A stretch of DNA of 64,000 bases from Marispirochaeta sp. (GTDB lineage Bacteria > Spirochaetota > Spirochaetia > JC444 > Marispirochaetaceae): assembly GCA_963676835.2 (NCBI GenBank), contig CAXXFF010000001.1, forward strand, positions 64,001 to 128,000, written 5' to 3'. Position numbers and translations under genes: made by a program. The notes beneath the pieces were generated by a model. That model did not search any database, had not been told where the DNA came from, and saw only the letters and a program-made list of their open reading frames with translations. Each line of letters opens with the position of its first letter. Position 1 is the stretch's first letter. Below, piece after piece: positions 28,118 to 36,461 of the stretch.

Positions 28118-28298
28118 TAAATGCGATTATTCCAAACACTAAAAGTCCTACCACGACTGCACCGACGCATCCACCAATAGACGCCCAGAAGCCAAACAGA
28201 AACGGGTTCATATTTCCTCCACTGAGGTTCGCCGGAAGGCAACCATTCTTTTTTCGCTTGAAGAATTTACTTCTCCACAACGGCCGTATTTTTTGCAT
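28074..28298 (-). CDS. Small membrane protein (likely start at MNPFLFG)
   Basis: Single hydrophobic helix; GGAGG before internal ATG. Confidence 0.5.
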   Translation of the reverse strand: MQKIRPLWRSKFFKRKKNGCLPANLSGGNMNPFLFGFWASIGGCVGAVVVGLLVFGIIAFIENRESEVDRENEE

Positions 28299-28393
28299 CT
28301 GTTAGCACCGTCCTTCTTAATCCGGTAAGAACAGTTTCGTCCGTCACCACAATTTCCGCCGCCAAGATAATAGATACACTTCGATTCGCTCAT
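28208..28393 (-). CDS. Small Cys-rich hypothetical protein
   Basis: 61 aa, five Cys, ATGA coupling to upstream gene. Confidence 0.5.
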   Translation of the reverse strand: MSESKCIYYLGGGNCGDGRNCSYRIKKDGANRCKKYGRCGEVNSSSEKRMVAFRRTSVEEI

Positions 28394-28665
28394 GCCGTAC
28401 CCCGTAACCGCTCAACCTTGTCGCATTTCTGAATTATCATGTGTGCATAATTGGCGATGTCAGCCGCTTCCAACCTGATTAGATCGGTGTCCTGGTGGTG
28501 ATTGTCTATTTCTTTTTCCAGCTCATTAAGCTCTTCCTGTAGCATGACAAAGAGCTGCCCGAACGAAAGGTTATTCCATCCTCCTTTCTCTTCATTCATT
28601 TTCAGCTTAACCAGCTGGGCTTGGTTGCCTGCTTTAAGCAGTTTTTCATAATTCCGCTTTTCCAT
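28390..28665 (-). CDS. MazG-like nucleotide pyrophosphohydrolase-like protein
   Basis: LQEELNELEKEI...EAADIANYAHMI acidic motif. Confidence 0.6.
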   Translation of the reverse strand: MEKRNYEKLLKAGNQAQLVKLKMNEEKGGWNNLSFGQLFVMLQEELNELEKEIDNHHQDTDLIRLEAADIANYAHMIIQKCDKVERLRGTA

Positions 28666-28826
28666 TCATTACTCCATAAATTGTATTTATCCATAATGCG
28701 AAGCATGGCCATATTCTCCGCGCGCGTTCTTTTCATTCCGCCGTCATATTCCATAATGGCGGCGCGTTCTTCGAGCTCTTCACGGTATCGCGGATACCGT
28801 TCAAGAAACTCGGTATACGTCATCAC
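28602..28826 (-). CDS. Phage-type hypothetical protein
   Basis: EERAAIMEYDGG.R..AE motif seen in phage proteins. Confidence 0.6.
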   Translation of the reverse strand: MMTYTEFLERYPRYREELEERAAIMEYDGGMKRTRAENMAMLRIMDKYNLWSNEWKSGIMKNCLKQATKPSWLS

Positions 28827-29797
28827 TCGTTGGTCCCTGATGATTCTCTTTTCGTTAACCGCTTTTCAAAATCGGGGATTTCTTCAAGTTTCACTGTTGT
28901 ATGGATGTACATGTCCGCGGTTAACTCTGTTTTTGCATGTCCGAGGTAGTCGCTTACTGCTTTCAGGTCTTTTCCGTTCTGCAGCATCATCATGGCAAAG
29001 GAATGCCGGAATACATGAGGCCCGATCTTGCGGTTTATAATGTCGACTGATAACTCTTGTATCTTTTTATAGATAAACTTGCGGTCAAGAATGGTCTTGT
29101 CCCGGGTGCAGAAAAGATAGTCATGCCCCTGATACAGTCTTTCTATACGGGTCCATAGGCTTTTAGTTATCTGAACATGCCGCTCTTTGTTGCCTTTTCC
29201 GGTAACGACAATATCAACGAAATCATCATGTACTGTTGCTGCGCTCCGCCGGCAGTTGGTCAGCTCAGATACCCGGCAACCAGTTGTAATAAGAAAAAGG
29301 ATAATCGCCTGAGTGTGCCTGTCTGCTTTTTTAAGAAATACGTCTACCTCATCCGGTGTCAGGTATCGCTCTCGCGGAATGCGCTTCGTCTGGATCCGCT
29401 TGGTTTTGATAGAGCGAAAAAGCCGGTCAATGAAGAATTGATCAAGACGGCTCCAGCGTTCCGGATTCTGTGCAATCAGTTCAGCAACTATCTTTTTAAC
29501 TGCACATTTTTTCCGGTTAAGTGTTTGGGCCCGTTCATCTGCAGCCGCCGCCAGCTCTATATACTGGATCAGGCTCAAGAGCGTGAACGGTCTGTTGAAT
29601 GCCTCAAGGTAGCTGATGATATGTGTATTGGTTGGAAGGTAGCTACCGAAGATCCGACTATTGAGTAGAAACCCCTGAACCTGCTCTAACGGGAAGATTT
29701 CCTGTTCCAGGCTACTGATATGCCTGATATCCTCCCCCATGGGCTCTAAATAGACAGAAGATTGATTCTGTATATTATTTTCTGTCGTTTTATTCAC
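28823..29797 (-). CDS. Tyrosine recombinase (XerC/D-like)
   Basis: TGCRVSEL, GKGNKER, PHVFRHSFA, YLGH, MYIH. Confidence 0.93.
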   Translation of the reverse strand: MNKTTENNIQNQSSVYLEPMGEDIRHISSLEQEIFPLEQVQGFLLNSRIFGSYLPTNTHIISYLEAFNRPFTLLSLIQYIELAAAADERAQTLNRKKCAVKKIVAELIAQNPERWSRLDQFFIDRLFRSIKTKRIQTKRIPRERYLTPDEVDVFLKKADRHTQAIILFLITTGCRVSELTNCRRSAATVHDDFVDIVVTGKGNKERHVQITKSLWTRIERLYQGHDYLFCTRDKTILDRKFIYKKIQELSVDIINRKIGPHVFRHSFAMMMLQNGKDLKAVSDYLGHAKTELTADMYIHTTVKLEEIPDFEKRLTKRESSGTNE

Positions 29798-30588
29798 GCA
29801 ATTTCACCACCGCGTTCAACCAGTAGATCAATTATTGCTTTAAAAGTTGATTCTTCAGCACAGTATACTTTCAGGTTTGAGTGGGTCCGGTCGAGCTTCA
29901 GGTAAAACATACCGATATCCTGTTTGCCGGCTTTCGATACCGTTTTTCCGTTTTTCCGTTTTTCCGTTATCTTCTTCTTTGGATCAACAATCTGTTCGCA
30001 GTATTCTTCGAGTTTATCCGGCATCCACCGTTTACCAAGTACGGCAGCAGACATCTTTAACCAGTATTTCTTTTCATGCCGAGTTACAATGCGCCCTATT
30101 TCAAGGGTCATCTGGTTAATTACATGAATGGGTATTTTCCCTGATTCAATCAGGTATGTGCGCAGGACATGGTATCCGATGCGGCGCTCTACCCAGATAT
30201 GTGCCCGGCCGAGTATTTGCCCGAGTCGTGTTTTTGATATATCCAGTTCCTGGAATAGCTCGAATACACATTTTGCCTCTTCATGCACAAGCATATTTGC
30301 ACGCTGCATATTCTCCGTAAGCTGTACGGCTTTAACATTTTTAAAGCTTTCCACTATCGCCGGGATCTTTTCCCAGCCCAAAGCTTTACAGGCGTTATAT
30401 CTTCTATGCCCTGCCACAAGGTGAAAATCTCCATCATTAACAGAAACAAGAATTGGCTGCAGCAGACCATGTGCTTCAATAGAGGCTTTTAGATCATCGA
30501 TATCGACTGAATCATCACGGATGTTTTTTACCTTGTGAATTTTTTCAATAGGAATGTGTTGAATGTCGTTCATCTTCTTCTCCTTCAT
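29794..30588 (-). CDS. ParB/RepB/Spo0J-family protein
   Basis: LKASIEAHGLLQPILV, VAGHRRYNA, ENMQR, HTH. Confidence 0.92.
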   Translation of the reverse strand: MKEKKMNDIQHIPIEKIHKVKNIRDDSVDIDDLKASIEAHGLLQPILVSVNDGDFHLVAGHRRYNACKALGWEKIPAIVESFKNVKAVQLTENMQRANMLVHEEAKCVFELFQELDISKTRLGQILGRAHIWVERRIGYHVLRTYLIESGKIPIHVINQMTLEIGRIVTRHEKKYWLKMSAAVLGKRWMPDKLEEYCEQIVDPKKKITEKRKNGKTVSKAGKQDIGMFYLKLDRTHSNLKVYCAEESTFKAIIDLLVERGGEIA

Positions 30589-30827
30589 GGCAGTACCATT
30601 AAATTCTCACCAGCTGCAGCACGGCGGGATAATTCTCGTTCCAGTGGTTCGACACTCTTGGACAGGAGTTTGTCGGTCTTTTCGTACAGCTCAATAATTA
30701 ATTTGGTATAGTCTACGGGAAGGTCATCGAATACATCACCAAGTTTCAAAAGATTCCGCCGCAGTTCATCGATGCGATACCATGTGGATGGATTTCTTAC
30801 TTCCGGCATGCCTGTCCCTCCCTGCAT
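30585..30827 (-). CDS. Hypothetical protein
   Basis: ORF tightly packed in the operon. Confidence 0.55.
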   Translation of the reverse strand: MQGGTGMPEVRNPSTWYRIDELRRNLLKLGDVFDDLPVDYTKLIIELYEKTDKLLSKSVEPLERELSRRAAAGENLMVLP

Positions 30828-30991
30828 TCAGAACATTTCAGTGTATGTATTCTTGTTTTGAGCTCTACGAACATCGGTGTAAGTTCAGAAGCAGGCTTTT
30901 TCTCCATGACCGATTTTCGCTGAATTGATGCCATATCATCGATGTATTGATACAATGCGTTTATTCCCTGGCTCATTGTGTAATCCTGCAA
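30797..30991 (-). CDS. Hypothetical protein
   Basis: ORF tightly packed in the operon. Confidence 0.5.
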   Translation of the reverse strand: MQDYTMSQGINALYQYIDDMASIQRKSVMEKKPASELTPMFVELKTRIHTLKCSECREGQACRK

Positions 30992-31740
30992 AAAAGAGAA
31001 GACTGTGAGTAGGTAAGTACTTTTTTATTTGCCAATTTGAAAAAGTCTTTTTTTATTTCAAATCCATAACCTCTGCGGTTAAGATTTTTAGCAGCAAGCA
31101 ATGAAACAGCGGATCCTGCCACCGGATCAATTACGACTTCATTTTCATCGGTGAATATTTCAATAAACCGTTCCAAGAGTCTTACCGGTTTTTGTGTCGG
31201 GTGTACTTTTGGTGTTTCATTATCACGCGGCCAGTCCATATTATTAAAAACCATATTTCCGTGGTTGTTGAATTTGGGCAGCTTGTCACGGTAAAACAGG
31301 ATTGCATATTCTGCATTCCCAACTATCCGCATATTGGCTTTTAATACCTGAGGTGAAAAATCTTTCTTAAAAACAAGGTTGATGAATTTCGGAAATCCGT
31401 GTTTCTTTGCTTCTTCGATCAATTCAAACTGCTGCTCAAATGCGCAGAAGACTATCATACAGCCGGCTTTACCGCGTTCTTTCGGTTCAGGCTTTAACAG
31501 CCTACCGCAGAAGTGAAAGAATTCTGGAATGCGGAAATCGTTGTCAGTATCGAAAAAAGCTTTCCCGGCAAGGTTACTTTCTCCGTTTTTATTATCACCA
31601 TCAATGTACCAAGAAGGATTACTGCCGTATGCATTAATCCCGACATTGTAAGGAATATCTGCAATGACCAGCTGGGCTTTCGGTATGTTGTAAAGCTTAT
31701 AGTTCTGGAAGTGATCATTGAACAGTTTGATTTTATCCAC
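30973..31740 (-). CDS. DNA N6-adenine/N4-cytosine methyltransferase (beta class, phage-type)
   Basis: ADIPY catalytic variant, HPTQKP, DPVAGS, GFEI; GTG start at 31740 behind AAGGA. Confidence 0.9.
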   Translation of the reverse strand: MDKIKLFNDHFQNYKLYNIPKAQLVIADIPYNVGINAYGSNPSWYIDGDNKNGESNLAGKAFFDTDNDFRIPEFFHFCGRLLKPEPKERGKAGCMIVFCAFEQQFELIEEAKKHGFPKFINLVFKKDFSPQVLKANMRIVGNAEYAILFYRDKLPKFNNHGNMVFNNMDWPRDNETPKVHPTQKPVRLLERFIEIFTDENEVVIDPVAGSAVSLLAAKNLNRRGYGFEIKKDFFKLANKKVLTYSQSSLFCRITQ

Positions 31741-31925
31741 TATCTTTCCTTTACTTGTAATTACAGGGAGCAGGAGGAGTCGAACCTCCTTCCGGTGTAT
31801 GGACCGTCCACCAAGTCCCACGACGGTTTATCCAAAACCCTCCACAGATGGCGGAGCACCACACAACCCGGGACCCCCAAGATCGCCGGGCTTCCACCGA
31901 CTGCTCCGGACTTTTCCGGATCTGA

Positions 31926-31997
31926 TAGCGGGGGGCGGAATCGAACCGCCTACCTGGAGGATATGAGCCTCCCGAGCTGCCAATGCTCTACTCCACG
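31926..31997 (-). tRNA. tRNA-Met(CAT), initiator-like, possibly degenerate
   Basis: CGTGGAG/CCCCGCT acceptor with C1:U72 and A6:C67 mismatches, GAGC/GCTC D stem, GGAGG-CTCATAT-CCTCC, GGCGG-TTCGATT-CCGCC. Confidence 0.82.
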
Positions 31998-32115
31998 ATG
32001 TGCCGCACTCTCACGGCAGTCCCGTTTCCACCACATTCATGCTCCAGGCAAACGGCCGGACGCGACCTCTTTAATGCGCCCGGGAAAGGTCAGGAGCCTT
32101 ACCGAAGTAAGGATC

Positions 32116-32188
32116 TGCAGCCGCCGGGGATTTGAACCCCGGGAGGCCCGGGCCGGCTTTTACACCGTCTCATTGCCTGCCCGGCTGC
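32116..32188 (-). ncRNA. tRNA-like RNA/pseudo-tRNA lacking a D stem
   Basis: 7-bp GCAGCCG/CGGCTGC acceptor, CCGGGG-TTCAAAT-CCCCGG T arm, short CGGT-GTAAAA-GCCG arm. Confidence 0.6.
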
Positions 32189-32224
32189 GGGACGTTTTCA
32201 CGCGCCCCATGCTGCTTCTTATAT

Positions 32225-32512
32225 CTAAGCCGTGAGCTTGCTCCGTTCACGGATCGACATTCGTAACCACTGCCGCTTTCGTATCTCCGGCGGTGTCATA
32301 AACCATTGCCCTACCGTTTCCGGCAACCAGCGCCGCTCTCTTCCCGGGTAATCTGATCGCCCGAAGTTGGGCATGGTCCACTGGTTGTGGTACATAAAGC
32401 TCTTTGACCAGCCATGCATAATCCCAATGTCTTCCATGGTTATGTATTCCCGGGTCGGGATTGCTTCCAATAGCCGGTCAAGCTTTGCCTCAAGGCGCTG
32501 AATGTCCGTCAT
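32225..32512 (-). CDS. Excisionase/AlpA-like winged-HTH protein
   Basis: YITMEDIG..HGWSKSFMY...P.FG......RRW...V..W pattern; prophage context. Confidence 0.5.
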   Translation of the reverse strand: MTDIQRLEAKLDRLLEAIPTREYITMEDIGIMHGWSKSFMYHNQWTMPNFGRSDYPGRERRWLPETVGQWFMTPPEIRKRQWLRMSIRERSKLTA

Positions 32513-32700
32513 TACCGCAACACCTTTTCAAAAACAGGCTGATTGTTGACTTCAAGGAATTCCAGAAAGGTATCTGCATGGATAAAACCGGTCATATCCG
32601 CAACGGTAACGGTTCCCCAGGCTGATCGGTCGCCATGTTGAGCACGGAAAATACTGGAAAGTTCGTTAATAGGTCGTGGCGCAGGTGAAGTCTGTATCAT
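32512..32700 (-). CDS. Hypothetical protein
   Basis: Coupled to both neighbours by stop/start overlaps. Confidence 0.55.
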   Translation of the reverse strand: MIQTSPAPRPINELSSIFRAQHGDRSAWGTVTVADMTGFIHADTFLEFLEVNNQPVFEKVLR

Positions 32701-33926
32701 GCTACATCTCCCAATCCAGCCGCGGCTAATGCCTTTGCCGTATTTACTGGTACTGCATTTCCAATCTGCTTTACCTGATCAGTTTTGTTCCCGGAAAACC
32801 AGTAATCTTTCGGGAATCCCTGGGCGGCCGCCAATTCGTGAGGCTGCAGCATCCGGAATGTGATATCGAGTCCGGCTTTGCCTTCAATCAGAGCAAACCG
32901 GTCTTTTGTCGTAATAGTTGCCAGCGGAATCCGTACGGGAACGGCATCTCCATTTCCGTAATAATGGATAAGAAACGGTTCAGTAAGCGAAATAGCGCCA
33001 GCGGTTGAGACTGTGGCCAATGGCTTTGACACAGGTCGAGGCGCAGCGCACGACTGCTGACCGAGTGTAAAGGCTTCGACAAGTCCATAACGATTTGATG
33101 TATCGAGTGTACCAATAGGCATATCAACAGCTTGGTGACGATCATCCCCGCCGTTATATCTGACAAGAAACGGGACAGCCCATTTACCCCAATACCGTAA
33201 GATTCCAGCTTCAATTCTTCGAAGTGTCGCAGGCTGAAGCGGCCTTTTGCGCTTGAAAATGCTTTCGCCCTGAATTGACCAGTCAATTACATCCCTGGCC
33301 GGCACCCATGGCTTTAAGCCGAAAAGCCCGGATACTTCTGCATGAGACTGCTCCGGCCATCGGATCTTTTCGTGGCCCCTAACAGCTTGCAGAAAAAATC
33401 GTCTTCTTGTTGTTGGATCACCATAATCAGCGGCCTTGAGTATTTGCCAGTCAACACGGTACCCGAGGGATTTCAGAGCGCCTATATATGCTTCGAATGT
33501 TGCCCCCTTCTTACTCTGTAATGGTCTTCCATCAGATCCGAGCGGGCCCCATGTGGTAAATTCCGGCACATTCTCCATATAAAACCTGCGTACATACACC
33601 TCGGATAACCATTTCAGAGCTAACCATGCAGACGCCCGGCTCTGATCAGACCTTGGGCGGCCTCCTCTGGCAATGCTATGATGGGTACATTCAGGGGAAG
33701 CCCAGAGAAGATCAAGCTTCTGCCGTGGATCAACAACCTCATGAGGGTTAAGATTTTGAATATCCGCTTGAAAATGGCGGGCATTCGGGTGGTTGCGGGT
33801 ATGCGTTTCAATTGCCCGTTCCCAATGATTAACAGCGGCAAGATCATGTTTTGCGCCGTTGAGTGCCTGGATAATACCGGTACTTTCTCCGCCGGCACCT
33901 GCAAATAGATCTACTATCCGTATCAT
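32697..33926 (-). CDS. DNA cytosine-C5 methyltransferase (phage-type)
   Basis: DLFAGAGG, WASPECTHHS, MENVPEF, PTTRRRFF, QIGNAVP. Confidence 0.95.
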   Translation of the reverse strand: MIRIVDLFAGAGGESTGIIQALNGAKHDLAAVNHWERAIETHTRNHPNARHFQADIQNLNPHEVVDPRQKLDLLWASPECTHHSIARGGRPRSDQSRASAWLALKWLSEVYVRRFYMENVPEFTTWGPLGSDGRPLQSKKGATFEAYIGALKSLGYRVDWQILKAADYGDPTTRRRFFLQAVRGHEKIRWPEQSHAEVSGLFGLKPWVPARDVIDWSIQGESIFKRKRPLQPATLRRIEAGILRYWGKWAVPFLVRYNGGDDRHQAVDMPIGTLDTSNRYGLVEAFTLGQQSCAAPRPVSKPLATVSTAGAISLTEPFLIHYYGNGDAVPVRIPLATITTKDRFALIEGKAGLDITFRMLQPHELAAAQGFPKDYWFSGNKTDQVKQIGNAVPVNTAKALAAAGLGDVA

Positions 33927-34513
33927 GCCGCCACCCCATACATGGAAACAGCCAGCGCCAGCAGTTCCGGTAAAAGTCCTTCCAGATCCGCATATTCAAT
34001 GGTGTCCATTTCCCGGTTTTTGGCGCATTCCCGAAGATTGCGATGATATCGGTAGTAATATTCGGAATAGAGATCCCGCCATAGGCTTGAATGACTTGCT
34101 CCGGTTCGGTATGCATGCTTATTTATCATGCGGCGAAGCTGATCGCGGTAGCTCAATTCGGTCGCTGCAGGCAGAGCCGGTACTGAAGATTCAGGCAGAG
34201 AGCCTTTTATAGCGGCAATAATTGCCGGTACCATGGCGGCTACTGTCTCCCTGACTATGGTTGCAATTTCTGCAACTCCGTTCTGATTCTGCCGATTTTC
34301 GGCATTCGCCCGGAAGATCCCCGCAGCATTGCGGCCCATGCCAGCCTCGATAATGGAACATGTTTCGTCCAAGGTGTAATCGGCAGGCTTCCCATGGCCT
34401 GCTGCGGTCATTTTTACCTTAACTGCGGGTATTTTGCCCGCAGATTTCCTCACCCACCGTCTTACTGTACTTTCATCCTTGCTTACAGCGTCTGCAATCT
34501 GCTTGGTTGTCAT
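33923..34513 (-). CDS. Phage antirepressor-like HTH protein
   Basis: N-terminal MTTKQIADAV..DESTVRRW HTH; helical C-terminal domain typical of phage early regulators. Confidence 0.6.
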   Translation of the reverse strand: MTTKQIADAVSKDESTVRRWVRKSAGKIPAVKVKMTAAGHGKPADYTLDETCSIIEAGMGRNAAGIFRANAENRQNQNGVAEIATIVRETVAAMVPAIIAAIKGSLPESSVPALPAATELSYRDQLRRMINKHAYRTGASHSSLWRDLYSEYYYRYHRNLRECAKNREMDTIEYADLEGLLPELLALAVSMYGVAA

Positions 34514-34701
34514 TCCACAACCTCCGCCTTCACACCATCCAGACAGGAGAAATCAGCACCCCACAATAGCCGCCTGGCACCGACAAGCCGGTCCTGAAGC
34601 AGCCGGGGAACCTCAACAGACTGCATTACATCATTGTTCAGAGCTTCGATTTGCTTCTGGATATCCCCTGCTCTTTTCTCTGCTTCGCGTCTGGTAATCA
34701 C
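34510..34701 (-). CDS. Hypothetical protein
   Basis: GTGA/ATGA coupling to neighbours. Confidence 0.55.
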   Translation of the reverse strand: MITRREAEKRAGDIQKQIEALNNDVMQSVEVPRLLQDRLVGARRLLWGADFSCLDGVKAEVVE

Positions 34702-34883
34702 CGGAGAGCCTCCACATCGAGTTGAGAGTTATTCGCCGAAATTGAATCATTCGTTCTGATCCAATCACTGAGGATTGTCTCAACAAGATCTTGGATTTTT
34801 TCGCCTTTTACACAAGCAGCGATTTTCAATCTTCTGTGAGTTTCATTTAATATTTTAATATTTGTACTATTTCTCGTACTCAT
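34698..34883 (-). CDS. Ribbon-helix-helix-like regulator (Cro position)
   Basis: STNIKILNETHRRLKIAA...IQDLVETIL; first gene divergent from the repressor. Confidence 0.6.
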   Translation of the reverse strand: MSTRNSTNIKILNETHRRLKIAACVKGEKIQDLVETILSDWIRTNDSISANNSQLDVEALR

Positions 34884-34972
34884 GCAATTATTAAAGTACG
34901 TGTTCCAGTATTTTGTCAAGTGTTTTTTTGTTTTATTGTCCCATTTGTCGTACAATAACCGATATAATAACT

Positions 34973-35320
34973 ATGACAAAATTGATGGAGAACGTTTTAA
35001 GCCAGATGAAACGTCTCGGGATCTCGCAAGCAAAGCTTGCCGAAGCTATAGGTAAATCTCGCTCAACAGTGAATGGTTGGTTCATCGCTGAATATGAACC
35101 AAAAACACTCGAAGCCGTAAAAATTGCAGAGGCGCTCAATACTACGGTTGAATACCTGGTTACCGGAGAATCAACACCTCAAAAAAGCCCGATCAGAACA
35201 GAATTCGATAGATATATAGACCGGTTTTCAGATGATGAAATAACCAGGGCAAAAGGTATGCTCGAACTTGCTTTTCCGGAAAAAAAACATGCATCGCATG
35301 GCGGAACGGCAGTGTCATAG
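34973..35320 (+). CDS. XRE-family HTH repressor (cI-like)
   Basis: ISQAKLAEAIGKSRSTVNGW...P....KIAEALNTTVEYLVTG. Confidence 0.9.
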   Translation: MTKLMENVLSQMKRLGISQAKLAEAIGKSRSTVNGWFIAEYEPKTLEAVKIAEALNTTVEYLVTGESTPQKSPIRTEFDRYIDRFSDDEITRAKGMLELAFPEKKHASHGGTAVS

Positions 35321-35376
35321 GGGTAGATTTCGGCGTTTTAAGTAATTGAGATAATGCACAAATGTGGAGGTAATAA

Positions 35377-36285
35377 ATGAAGGATCATGATTCACTCGAA
35401 TACACCAGATATACATCGAAAATGGAGTTTGAGAAGGCTATCCATACCCTTGAAGGCCTTATGGCCGGTATTGCGATCGATGGAATAATTGAGAAATCAG
35501 AGCTTGAAGAGCTGTCTGCCTGGTGTTTCAGTAATTATCAATATATTGATCGCCAGCCCTACAAAGAACTTATCCCCTATATTCAGGAAGCAATTTCTGA
35601 TGATTATCTCGATGAAGAAGAGCAGCAAAATATCCTATGGTTCTGCAAGCAGTTCAAAACTGAAAACGAATACTACGATGTGATTACATCAGATATTCAA
35701 CGCCTGCAAGGGATTATGCATGGGATTCTATCAAATAACCATATATCTACCGCTGAGATTCAAAACCTTGAGAAATGGCTTGATCAGAATACTCACCTGG
35801 CAGGCGTTTATCCCTATGATGAACTTCAGAGCATGATTATGTGTGTTTTAGCAGACGGGATAGTCGATGAACAGGAAGAGAAACAGTTGAAGGTGTTTTT
35901 CTATGACTATATTATCCCTGCAGAACGCGGATCGATAAACCAGGCTGAGATCGAAGAATACAAAAAGACCATTTCATTATCTGGAGTATGCGCTGTTTGT
36001 CCTGAGATTATCCTGGACAACCATTATTTTTGTTTTACCGGTAAATCATCACGAACGAAACGGAGCGATTTTGTAAATACAGTTAGCAAATATGATGGGA
36101 AATATCTTAATAATGTTACCGGGAAACTGGATTATCTCATCATTGGGGATAATGGTAACCCGTGTTGGGCTTATTCCTGCTATGGGCGAAAGGTTGAGCA
36201 AGTATTACAAAAACGTAAAGAAGGCGCATCCATCATTATTGCTCATGAGACTGACTTCTGGGACGCCGTTGAAGACCTTGTATAG
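35377..36285 (+). CDS. BRCT-domain protein with N-terminal TerB-like helical repeats
   Basis: Repeated G...DG.I...E...L..W units; FCFTG...V...G......VT.KLDYLIIG...YGRKVE...E.DFW. Confidence 0.8.
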   Translation: MKDHDSLEYTRYTSKMEFEKAIHTLEGLMAGIAIDGIIEKSELEELSAWCFSNYQYIDRQPYKELIPYIQEAISDDYLDEEEQQNILWFCKQFKTENEYYDVITSDIQRLQGIMHGILSNNHISTAEIQNLEKWLDQNTHLAGVYPYDELQSMIMCVLADGIVDEQEEKQLKVFFYDYIIPAERGSINQAEIEEYKKTISLSGVCAVCPEIILDNHYFCFTGKSSRTKRSDFVNTVSKYDGKYLNNVTGKLDYLIIGDNGNPCWAYSCYGRKVEQVLQKRKEGASIIIAHETDFWDAVEDLV

Positions 36286-36460
36286 CGATTATCCAGATCC
36301 ATACAAAGACCCGTTCAAGCTGCAATTAGCATTTAAAAACCTTCGACTCTGCAGGACATGCCGCCATGGGAGAGATGTTAATCAGTATCGTGAGGCTACC
36401 TGTGATCTGGATAAGGTCAAGCGGGATGATAATTGCATGTGTGATCGGTGGGAAGAATAA
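36278..36460 (+). CDS. Small Cys-rich hypothetical protein
   Basis: TTG start overlapping the BRCT gene stop; CRTC...C...CMC; ends 1 nt before tcmP. Confidence 0.45.
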   Translation: MYSDYPDPYKDPFKLQLAFKNLRLCRTCRHGRDVNQYREATCDLDKVKRDDNCMCDRWEE

Positions 36461-36461
36461 A

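Larger units (their letters stand above)
31745..32215 (-). ncRNA. Structured non-coding region with tRNA-like modules
   Basis: GC-rich intergenic stretch with three T-arm motifs, a cUUCGg hairpin and multiple helices with minus-strand G-U pairs. Confidence 0.6.

Noticed and set aside
31830..32115. Known self-cleaving ribozyme (HDV/theta, hammerhead, pistol, twister) next to the tRNA-like elements
   Set aside because: Conserved catalytic cores could not be matched by eye; kept only as generic structured RNA
31513..32235. 240-aa plus-strand ORF and the 31821 extension of the MTase
   Set aside because: Antisense to the MTase or running through the tRNA-like region; no RBS or motifs
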